Source of the DNA: Deltaproteobacteria bacterium
GTDB lineage: Archaea > Thermoplasmatota > Poseidoniia > Poseidoniales > Poseidoniaceae
Assembly: GCA_028344335.1 (NCBI GenBank)
Contig: JAOMAZ010000004.1
Location: 1 to 62,008 of the forward strand
Direction of reading: 5' to 3'
Length of the DNA: 62,008 nt
The first letter of the stretch is position 1; each line of letters opens with the position of its first letter. The notes beneath the pieces are model-generated. The model was not told the DNA's origin, did not search any database, and saw nothing but the letters and a program-made list of their open reading frames with translations. The position numbers were made by a program, and so were the translations under genes. Of the stretch, positions 1-8,600 are shown piece by piece.

Positions 1-449
1 AATCCCTTAGCAAGGCCAACTATGATTGTACTGCCACCAGAAAGTCCGAGGTCGGCTTTGTCATCCATTATTTCAAGGGCTCCAGGAAGATATAGGGATG
101 TTAATTTAGAAAAGAAACGACCAGTTAAGAACATCAAAATCAGAACTACCAGTGTTGCCATCGTTGAAGCGATGATTGAATCGCCATCGATTGCCCATAC
201 AACGGTCAAATAAAGACCAAGTAAGAAGGTTGCATAATTCAAAAGTGGGGTTGCCAACTTCATGATAGCATCGTCCCAATCTGCATTTGTTCGGTTTACT
301 ATCCACTTAGAAGGTGCCCAGATGAGGATGCGCACCAGCATTGCACCGAGGATTGAAAATCCAATACCAACGAGGATTTTTTGCCATGCAGAAAGAGTAT
401 CAAGAGTGTTCCCTATATCAGTCACTATATCCCACATATTTGCAGCCAT
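1..449 (-). CDS. Mechanosensitive ion channel (MscS family) paralog, 5' part only (runs off the window edge)
   Basis: Not in the ORF track. Manual translation from ATG at 449 gives MAANMWDIVTDIGNTLDTLSAWQKILVGIGFSILGAMLVRILIWAPSKWIVNRTNADWDDAIMK..., open to the window edge. TM helices and IVNRTNADWDDAI align with VVKMTSAEWDDEL of the MscS at 12777..14069. Confidence 0.7.
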   Translation of the reverse strand, partial: MAANMWDIVTDIGNTLDTLSAWQKILVGIGFSILGAMLVRILIWAPSKWIVNRTNADWDDAIMKLATPLLNYATFLLGLYLTVVWAIDGDSIIASTMATLVVLILMFLTGRFFSKLTSLYLPGALEIMDDKADLGLSGGSTIIVGLAKG

Positions 450-529
450 GTGCTATGTTCTCATCAATGCTTTGCCAGCATTGTCCTACGCAACTAACAA
501 AGGCTGGTTGTTTATCGCAGTGGATTGTA

Positions 530-605
530 GGGCGCTTAGCTCAGTTGGAAGAGTGCTTCGTTTGCAACGAAGATGCCGGGGGTTCAAATCCCCCAGCGTC
601 CACCA
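530..605 (+). tRNA. tRNA-Ala (anticodon TGC), CCA encoded
   Basis: Acceptor stem GGGCGCT/AGCGTCC with the G3:U70 Ala identity pair, D-arm AGCTCAGTTGGAAGAGT, anticodon arm CTTCG-TTTGCAA-CGAAG, T-arm GGGGG-TTCAAAT-CCCCC, ends ACCA. Confidence 0.97.
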
Positions 606-738
606 TTTGTTTCTTTTCGATTGATGTTATGGTGTCCACTTTGGTCGTGGACAACCCTTTCGTTGGTTGCTTCAGTCCACTCCCCCCAGCGTCCACCATT
701 TGTTTCTTTTCGATTGATGTTATGGTGTCCACTTTGGT
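590..738 (+). repeat. Exact 56-bp direct repeat (590..645 and 683..738): tRNA 3' end plus 40-bp trailer, separated by 37 bp
   Basis: CCCCCAGCGTCCACCATTTGTTTCTTTTCGATTGATGTTATGGTGTCCACTTTGGT occurs twice with a 93-bp offset. Confidence 0.95.
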
Positions 739-845
739 GGTGATGTTGCTGCGCTGAATAGCATTATTTAGGCTTAAGCAGATGAAAATCTCGATATATC
801 TATTGTAGTGAAATGCTAAAATACAGAAGGGCTATCTCAACAGCC

Positions 846-1643
846 ATGGGAGCAGCATGGGTGTTGAAGACCTTTCAGGTCGATGAGACCGGCCAAACCG
901 GAGCACATGTATTTATCGAAGCCAGACAACCAGGTCTGTTCGCTTTCCTATTGAATCTCATGGGTTTGGATCCAACGGCCTCCTTGAAGGTGACCAAGGG
1001 TTCAATCTCATTCAGGATGGCAAAGTTATCAGGGATGGCCCAGACATCTACCTCCTTGAACCAGATAGGCTCCTTCCAAGGAGGGTACAAGAAACCAATC
1101 GAGTTATTGGTCCTAGCCTTCATCTTTTTCGCCATGGGAATAACGATCGACATCGCCGCTGAAATGGATGGTCCCATATTCACTGTCTCGAGTCTGTTCC
1201 TGAGTTTGATTCTGATTATCTGCTATGCTCTTTTCAAGCACCTTTTCATCGGTTTTGAGACCTCAGGGGGGGCATATTACGGTATGACCTTCAAGCGTGG
1301 AATTCTCAATAATGTCTCAGTTGATATCGACCAAATTGAGTATACGATAGCCTTCATCAACAGCCTGATAGGTTCAGCCTCACTTGGTGGTAATTTCTCA
1401 GAATCTCAAAGTGTTTCCAAGGTCGCCAATCAAGCGATTATCAAATCCTATCCCGCTCCGGTTCCATTGGGTACTCCTCCGGCGCCCTCCATGTCAGCCC
1501 CGTTGGGAACACCTCCGGTGGCCTCGATTTCAGCACCAACAGCACTACCTCAACAATACCCGCCAGCACCAGCACCTCCTCAGCAATACCCGCCAGCACC
1601 AGTACCTCCTCAGCAATACCCGCATTATCCGCCACCAGTGTGA
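846..1643 (+). CDS. Hypothetical membrane protein with two TM helices and a Pro-rich C-terminal tail
   Basis: ORF 813..1643, likely start MGAAWVL at 846. Two hydrophobic segments, then PAP/QQYPPAP repeats. Confidence 0.8.
   Translation: MGAAWVLKTFQVDETGQTGAHVFIEARQPGLFAFLLNLMGLDPTASLKVTKGSISFRMAKLSGMAQTSTSLNQIGSFQGGYKKPIELLVLAFIFFAMGITIDIAAEMDGPIFTVSSLFLSLILIICYALFKHLFIGFETSGGAYYGMTFKRGILNNVSVDIDQIEYTIAFINSLIGSASLGGNFSESQSVSKVANQAIIKSYPAPVPLGTPPAPSMSAPLGTPPVASISAPTALPQQYPPAPAPPQQYPPAPVPPQQYPHYPPPV
1548..1623 (+). repeat. 30-bp coding tandem repeat (about 2.5 copies, PQQYPPAPAP)
   Basis: CCTCA(A/G)CAATACCCGCCAGCACCAG(C/T)ACCT repeated with period 30. Confidence 0.9.
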
Positions 1644-1660
1644 TAATGGAGCGTAATTTT

Positions 1661-1735
1661 AGACGCTTGAATCAGTTGGAAGAGTGCTTCGTTTGCAACG
1701 AAGATGCTAGGGCTCAAATCCCTCAGCGATTGCCA
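1661..1735 (+). pseudogene. Degenerate full-length copy of tRNA-Ala(TGC)
   Basis: 1672..1707 is identical to 541..576 (36 bp, D-arm through anticodon arm). The flanks are recognisable but mutated (AGACGCTTGAA...TAGGGCTCAAATCCCTCAGCGATTGCCA), disrupting the acceptor stem, D-stem and T-arm. Confidence 0.9.
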
Positions 1736-1741
1736 ACTAGT

Positions 1742-1851
1742 TTGTAGTGGGGCTGTTGCTTCGCTAGCGAACAAACAGACCCACTGCAACCCCTTCCAAC
1801 TGATTTTGAGAGTTGGATGGGTAATCGGATAACCCCATGCAACTTATCCGA
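1742..1851. other. Three adjacent inverted repeats (hairpin cluster)
   Basis: TTGTAGTGGG(1742-1751)/CCCACTGCAA(1780-1789) with inner CTGTT/AACAG and TTCG/CGAA; TCCAACT(1795-1801)/AGTTGGA(1811-1817); TCGGATAA(1825-1832)/TTATCCGA(1844-1851). Confidence 0.75.
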
Positions 1852-1910
1852 ATCGATTAGTACATTGTTCATTTGGAAATGTTGAATAGTGTTGGTGATT
1901 AGGGACCTCC

Positions 1911-2531
1911 ATGCAGTTTACGGTAGTGTTCGACATGAAATATAATCTTGGAGATGGCAGCTATAGCATAAGATACCATTCTGCTGCAATATGGATGCAA
2001 GGGGACAAAGTATTACCAGTTAAAATCAAGAATAGTCCAATATACGAATCTGGTGGGCTTAGGCCTTTACTAGAATACGCTCAATTGAATGACGACACAT
2101 TGAATTCCGAAGAAGTGGTAATAGTGCGACATTCGGGAGGCCATGGTACTAAGAAATGTCTTGAAAATTTGGTTCAAGATTTACTAGATGAATCATTTAA
2201 ACCAATATCCGTGAATCCTCTTGGCGGGGTCACAGACCACAGCATAGATTGCAAAGAAGTCGGACATGATTTCCATTGTGGAGAATGTGAGTCAGAGATG
2301 GGATCTGGCCGTCGTTGTCGATATGGACCATGCGATTTCGAGTGCCTGCAGTGTGGGGAACTTCTGACAGATTTAATGGATGAAGATGAGAAGTATTCTA
2401 AGATTTATACTTGTCCACAGGAAGGGTGTGGAGCCAAGACGGGTTGGATGCCATGGACGAAAGGTGGTGCTGACGAATGGAGCACATGTGAAAGATGCTG
2501 GAATGTCGGTTCTGATATCGTGGGAATGTGA
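1911..2531 (+). CDS. Hypothetical Cys-rich (multi zinc-finger-like) protein
   Basis: 206 aa with GGTGA SD-like motif upstream. C-terminal half has CGEC, CRYGPC, CLQC, CPQEGC and CERC. Confidence 0.75.
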   Translation: MQFTVVFDMKYNLGDGSYSIRYHSAAIWMQGDKVLPVKIKNSPIYESGGLRPLLEYAQLNDDTLNSEEVVIVRHSGGHGTKKCLENLVQDLLDESFKPISVNPLGGVTDHSIDCKEVGHDFHCGECESEMGSGRRCRYGPCDFECLQCGELLTDLMDEDEKYSKIYTCPQEGCGAKTGWMPWTKGGADEWSTCERCWNVGSDIVGM

Positions 2532-2609
2532 GGGTCCCAATTGAACACCCATACAACACCCGTCTGTTGAATGGGTACCCTAGTGTTCAAATTTGACTAA
2601 AGGGGACCC
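2532..2609. other. Long imperfect palindrome between convergent genes
   Basis: GGGTCCC/GGGACCC (2532-2538/2603-2609), TTGAACAC/GTGTTCAA (2541-2548/2583-2590), ACCCATACAACA/TGTTGAATGGGT (2547-2558/2565-2576). Confidence 0.75.
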
Positions 2610-2651
2610 CTTGCAACTTATCTGGATTAATTTACCTCAAGAATGCACATT

Positions 2652-5480
2652 TCAAGATTCATCCCAAACTCGATATCCGTCATCAGTTGAATACCAATGC
2701 GTTCCATCATTACCAAGATACCAATGAATACCTTGTTCATCGGTTTCAAGCCATTCACCATCTGGCAGTTCTTCCCAAGAACCTACGTGCTTTGGGTTTG
2801 CATGAGCCGCTACTGTAGGAACGAAGTTATCTGTCGTGAATGTTTGTGTAGTCTGTATCGTTTGCTGGTATATTTCATTATCCTCTTCAAACAAATCGTC
2901 CGAATCCGAATCTCTCTTTCTTCTAACGATTAATAATCCAACTAAAATAACTAAGATAAACAGCCCAACTGAGCCACCAATTATGATTACCTGGCTTGAG
3001 GCTGAGCCTGCAGCAGCAGCTTCTTTTTCTTCTTCAGTTGGGCAACCAAATCCATCACCGCCATATTCATTTGGGCATTCATCATCGCGATCCATTAACT
3101 CATCGCCATCAGAATCGTAATATATGTCGCATTCGCCAAAATCATATTCCATGTATACATAATCACTACTATTGTGCAAACTATTGTTCATTGGTGTGGA
3201 GTTTGAATCTAATGGATCGGAACGACATAAGGAATCCTCGGGAAAAGAGGTCTCCAATTGATCGGAAAAACCATCATTATCATCATCTTCATCTTCATTT
3301 ACTGATATGAGGTAATCCGGGAGTTGGATATTGTCAATTGTGTTTCCTTCACCTATAATCCTGCCATAAAATTTCAACTCATGACTACCTGCTGAAACGT
3401 TGATTGAAAGGTGTTCCAATGATGAAAAGCCTTCTGGGTTACAGCCATAATCAATAGCGTTTCCATCGAGATATATTGGGATGCATTGTTTATCGATTAA
3501 GAACGATGTAATATAGACGTCTAAAGTAACTACGCTGTCATTCCAAGAGGAGAAACCTATTGAAAAGTATCCTGTATCACTAGCCCACATTTTCTGACAT
3601 ATACTGTATTCGCCGTCAATAGGATTGTCTCCACAAATTACCCAAGGTGCGTAGTCTGGCATGCAAAAGCCAGCAAGGTCTTCGGCACAATGAACCCCCA
3701 CGCCATCATAGTCTCCACTTTCAAAATCAATTAACCTGCCACTTGTTATGCCTTCAACATAGTCTGCTAAACCATCTCCATCAGTATCAGTGTCTCTTAA
3801 GTGGTCAAACTCCCAAGCATCGTTTTCATTCATAACTCCATCATTATCGTGATCAGGGTCACTATTATCTCCGATTCCATCTCCATCTGTATCAAATGCT
3901 TCCGAGGAATCATCGGGGAATAGGTCGACATCATTACTAACTCCATCTCCATCATTGTCGATTAAATCATCACAACCATCTGGAACTTGATCTGAATCTA
4001 CATCGATTGCATCATCATAGCCTTCACACAGGTCTAAGAGATCGGCAATTCCATCCCCATCGGTATCATCCATACAGCCATCAGAATTATTATCAAACCC
4101 AGTAGAATCTTCATTAGGACACTTGTCTATAAGTTGTCCAAGACCGTCTCCATCATAATCTGGATAAGTTATCTGAGTATGTCTGATTTCAGTACTATTG
4201 TTAAAGTGTGAAATGTGAAGGTTACCGTCAGACCCAATCACCATCGATGAATCTCTGTGCGATTCTCCTATTGATTCAATTGTTACTAATTCCCAGGAGT
4301 TATTTCCGGAAGAAAATGCGTACTTGAGATCATTATTATGTTCATCATAATATGAGATGTGAATGTTGTTTTTTATATCTAAAATTATCGAGGGATGTAT
4401 ACCTGTGCCACTTTGCGAGTCAACAGTAGATAAGTTCCATATTGACCCATTCATTGAATATGCATACTTGAGATTGATGCTATTGTGGGAATAAGAATCC
4501 GAATAAGAAATATGAATGCCGCTGTCAGAATCAATTGCTATTGAGGGATAGGCGCCAGCATATGTATCAGTATCAATATGGCTATTATTCTCCCAAGTCT
4601 TGAATAACTTGTCTTGCGAAGCATACCATAACCCCTCATCATAACGGGTGTATTGGTTGTGGTATGCAACATGTATTGTATCATTGGAATCAATGGCAAT
4701 AGCGGTATCGAACACCCCTGCATGATCTTCATCTTGATCATTATCTCCGTGGCAGTCCATGATAACGTCGGTATTCCAATATCCAAAATTCTCAAAATTT
4801 AGATTCGTAGCATAATTCAAACTGTAAGAATACTCATAGTAAACTTGGCTGTAACTTTGGTCGGTGTATGAAATATGTACTTTATCATCGGAATCAACCG
4901 CAATAGAATTACTATATCCTGAGTTTTCAGCACCCACTGAAGTCACAACCCATGATGATACGAAATAGGCATGTCCGCTTGAGTTCGTGGTGTATTTCAG
5001 GTTTTGATCAAATTGATCAAAATAAGAAACATGCAAATTGTTATTCGAGTCGATTGCCATATCAAAATCACCAACTGGTCTTGATTCTGTGTTAACATAA
5101 GTCGTTTTCCATGAGCCCCCTATGTATGCGTCATTCCAGATGATATTTCCTTCGTCGAGGTAGGCAAAATAATTTGTTGCGTAGAGGAGCGCGGAAGACC
5201 CGTTTTCACGGAAGATAATATGTGTATAACCATTAGAATCGTGTGCAATTGCATTTTCAGTAGGAAATTCAGGATTCCCCCAGTACTTAACACCCGGATT
5301 TACACCAGTTGCATTAATTTGTTCTATGGTTTCAGACTCAATTGTATAATTTACTGGCCCATCCGAAGAGAAAAAGGTTTCACTAGAATTAAATTCGTAC
5401 CCATCATCATTTTGCATAAATGGTGTGAGCATTGATGACAATAAAATAATGACCATTATTGCCAGTACTTTATGGTGCAT
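2652..5480 (-). CDS. Single-pass cell-surface protein: beta-propeller-like repeats, thrombospondin type-3-like Ca-binding repeats, jelly-roll domain, Trp-rich cytoplasmic tail
   Basis: Signal peptide; repeated IAIDSxxxIHISY blades; DxDGDG repeats; TM IIIGGSVGLFILVILVGLLIV followed by RRKR; tail SWEELPDGEW...HWY...HWY...VW. Confidence 0.85.
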   Translation of the reverse strand: MHHKVLAIMVIILLSSMLTPFMQNDDGYEFNSSETFFSSDGPVNYTIESETIEQINATGVNPGVKYWGNPEFPTENAIAHDSNGYTHIIFRENGSSALLYATNYFAYLDEGNIIWNDAYIGGSWKTTYVNTESRPVGDFDMAIDSNNNLHVSYFDQFDQNLKYTTNSSGHAYFVSSWVVTSVGAENSGYSNSIAVDSDDKVHISYTDQSYSQVYYEYSYSLNYATNLNFENFGYWNTDVIMDCHGDNDQDEDHAGVFDTAIAIDSNDTIHVAYHNQYTRYDEGLWYASQDKLFKTWENNSHIDTDTYAGAYPSIAIDSDSGIHISYSDSYSHNSINLKYAYSMNGSIWNLSTVDSQSGTGIHPSIILDIKNNIHISYYDEHNNDLKYAFSSGNNSWELVTIESIGESHRDSSMVIGSDGNLHISHFNNSTEIRHTQITYPDYDGDGLGQLIDKCPNEDSTGFDNNSDGCMDDTDGDGIADLLDLCEGYDDAIDVDSDQVPDGCDDLIDNDGDGVSNDVDLFPDDSSEAFDTDGDGIGDNSDPDHDNDGVMNENDAWEFDHLRDTDTDGDGLADYVEGITSGRLIDFESGDYDGVGVHCAEDLAGFCMPDYAPWVICGDNPIDGEYSICQKMWASDTGYFSIGFSSWNDSVVTLDVYITSFLIDKQCIPIYLDGNAIDYGCNPEGFSSLEHLSINVSAGSHELKFYGRIIGEGNTIDNIQLPDYLISVNEDEDDDNDGFSDQLETSFPEDSLCRSDPLDSNSTPMNNSLHNSSDYVYMEYDFGECDIYYDSDGDELMDRDDECPNEYGGDGFGCPTEEEKEAAAAGSASSQVIIIGGSVGLFILVILVGLLIVRRKRDSDSDDLFEEDNEIYQQTIQTTQTFTTDNFVPTVAAHANPKHVGSWEELPDGEWLETDEQGIHWYLGNDGTHWYSTDDGYRVWDES

Positions 5481-5661
5481 AATTTCTTTTAATTTCAGTT
5501 TTGTATATAGATATGACTCTGATTGTTTGCAACCCTACTCTCTAAAGTTGGGCTTCTTCGGTCACTAGAGTGATTGTAGTGTTAATAACCCAATACAAAG
5601 GGATTCTACTAGCATCATTGTTGGCAGTGCAGTTAAAACCAAGCATGCAATCGAGTTTTCT

Positions 5662-8600
5662 ATGAATCGTAGTCGAAAGGCATTGGCTTTGACAATTTTG
5701 ATGCTCATTGGAAGTTTGGCTCCAATACTGTCAGCAAGCCTTGAAAGTACCTCAGTAAAGATGTCTACATCGATTGGAAACATGCCGAAAAACATCGACG
5801 AGACGGATAACGTCGGGCAATACAGCTCATTGGCCTTGGACAGCGAATCCAATCCACACATCGCCTACTATGATGCTACGAATGGCAACTTGATGTACAC
5901 CAAATACAACGGATGGGAGTGGAACACTACCATAGTCGATTCGGATGATGATGTCGGCTCCCATGCTTCGCTGGCTCTCGATAAGGTGAACAATCCGCAT
6001 ATCTCCTATTACAATGCGACATCTGGTGACCTGAAGTATGCTCACTTCGATGGCTCAAATTGGAGCAACCTGACCATCGATGAAGATGGGGACGTCGGTT
6101 CTCACACCTCGATAGATGTCAGCAGTAATATGAACCCTCACATCTCCTATCGCGACGAAGACAATACCAACCTGAAGTATACCTACTACAATGGAAGCGC
6201 TTGGATCAACATGACTCTGGATGGAAACTGGGGCGGAATGGATAACGTTGGGACCTATACCTCGATTGCTCTCGATTCAAGCAATGGCCCGCATATTGCT
6301 TACTACAACTATACTGGTGGGGACCTGATGTACACGTACAATGATGGTAGTTCATGGTACAAGCAGGCTGCATATTCGACCAACAATGTCGGTCAACATG
6401 CCTCATTGGTTCTCGATTCAACAGACAATCCTCACTTTAGCCACTACAACATGCAGTTCCAGAATCTCCTGTACACTCACTACAACGGTACAGTATGGGC
6501 GACAGAAGCCGTTGATTCAACAGGTTTGGTTGGAGAATTCTGTTCCATCGATGTGGACTCGAATGACAATCCGCATATCGTCTATGTGGACAGAGACAAT
6601 GGAGGGCAGTTGAAGTATGCCGCATACGATGGAAACTGGACCTTGTCAGTCGTCGATGAGGAGGCCGAATACACATCCATTGTCATGGATTCGACCGACA
6701 GGCCTCATTTCTCATATTACGACCTTTCAGATGAGGACCTCAGATACCTTTCACAATCCGGAGCCAATGCCGTGGTAGTTTCCACTGACATGAGTTTTGA
6801 CAATGCATGGGGTGGACTTGGATTCAAACTGGACAGCCAAGGAATTCCTCACATCGCCTATCAGAATCACTCTGGAACCAATCACGTTTCATACGCCAAA
6901 CTCAATTCTACTGCTTCCGCTGCAGCAGGTACTGAGGTCTGGGACATAGAAACCATTGATACAGCCAATCAGGGATACTACGGTTCTTGGATTTCTCTCG
7001 ACCTAGATAGTCAAGACCGCCCGCATGTCTCCTACTTTGGCGGGGACAACTCTGATACTCTGCGTTACGCCTATCACAATGGAACAGGATGGGTGACAGA
7101 GACCGTAGACTCAAAATCAAACAGTGGAATAGAAAGGATCGGTTGGTACTCTGCAATTGTCATCGATTCAACCGACAAGCCACAGATTGCATATTCTTCA
7201 CAAGGAACAAGTAACATGAAATTTGCCATTCATGATGGTAGTGGTTGGCATCTTGACGATGTGATAAACAGTGGAAGCGGGGCGAAAAGAAATATCCAAT
7301 TTTCCCTCAGTGTTGCTGACGTACCCCATATCTGCTACAACTCTGGAGAAAATAGACTTGGTTATGCTACCTACAGTGGCTCTGGCTGGGTGGTAGACGA
7401 TGATATCACTTCAAGCGACCTGACCTATGCCAACAACCAGCGCGGAACATATTGCGATATTGAAGTTGACCAGTTTGGACGTCCACATATCTCCTTCGAT
7501 TACAACAGTAATGACAACCTCGGATACATGGTCCTGAATGGAAGTTCATGGGAGGGATGGCAAGTCTCCACCATGGGAGAAATCTTGTTCACCTCTCTTG
7601 AACTTGACAGTGCAGAGAGGCCATACATCTCATTCCAATCGAAAACAGGAGATGATGACCTCTACTTCACTTGGCTGGACAACTCAACCAACACTTGGAG
7701 AATCAGAGATTCTGGACTGCACCATACCAACACAATCTATGATTCCTCACAATGGGGCAGATACAATGTCCTCGTTCTAGATCAAAATGACAGTGTCCAC
7801 ATCGCATTCTATGACAATACCAAGACTGAGATTCTCTACTATACGGACAATTACAACCCCGCCATAGATACCGATGGTGATGGAATCCCAGATTCAGAAG
7901 ACAACTTCCCTTCAAATCCATCTGAAACTGCTGACTATGATGGAGATGGAAAAGGTGACAATGCCGACAATGATGATGATGATGACGGAGTGATCGACCT
8001 TGATGATTCATGTCAATTCGGAATCATTGGTGCTGGTGCGGACTTCGACGGTGATGGTTGCAAGGATTCAGAAGATGATGACGATGACAATGATGGCTAT
8101 CCTGATGTCTCGGATGCATGTTCCAAAGGAATGACCGGAATTGGATTCGACCTCGATGGTGATGGTTGTCAAGATGCTGAAGATTCAGATATCGATGGAG
8201 ATGGAACTCCCAATGTCGATGATGCATTCGAGCGCGACCCTACTGAAGACACTGACAGCGACGGCGATGGAGTGGGCGATAATGCCGATGCATTCGATAA
8301 TGATGCCAACGAAACCGTTGATTCAGACGGCGATGGAGTAGGTGATAATGCCGATGCATTCGATAATGATGCAAACGAAACCGTTGATTCAGACGGCGAT
8401 GGAGTCGGAGACAATGCCGATGCATTCGATGATGATGCAAACGAAACTACGGATTCAGATGGTGACGGAGTCGGAGATAATAGCGATATATTCCCCGACG
8501 ATGCCAATGAGAGCACTGATCTGGATGGAGACGGTATTGGAGACAATGCTGATCTCGACGTTGATGGTGACAATGTGTCAGATGTGGATGATGCATTTCC

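Larger units (their letters stand above)
1832..2632 (+). repeat. Imperfect 27-bp direct repeat (1832..1858 and 2606..2632) bracketing the 1911..2531 gene
   Basis: ACCCCATGCAACTTATCCGAATCGATT vs ACCCCTTGCAACTTATCTGGATTAATT, 22/27 identical. Confidence 0.75.

Noticed and set aside
590-738. CRISPR array (repeat - 37-bp spacer - repeat)
   Set aside because: Only two copies, the repeat is 56 bp and derives from the tRNA 3' end, and no cas genes are in the window.
262-757. ORFs 262..624, 341..757 and 541..732
   Set aside because: They overlap the tRNA and the minus-strand MscS-like gene; their repeated peptides simply reflect the 56-bp DNA duplication.
1821-1858. Xer/dif site (TCGGATAA-N11-TTATCCGA)
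   Set aside because: The spacer is 11 bp, whereas dif sites have 11-bp arms around a 6-bp spacer; kept only as an unexplained inverted repeat.
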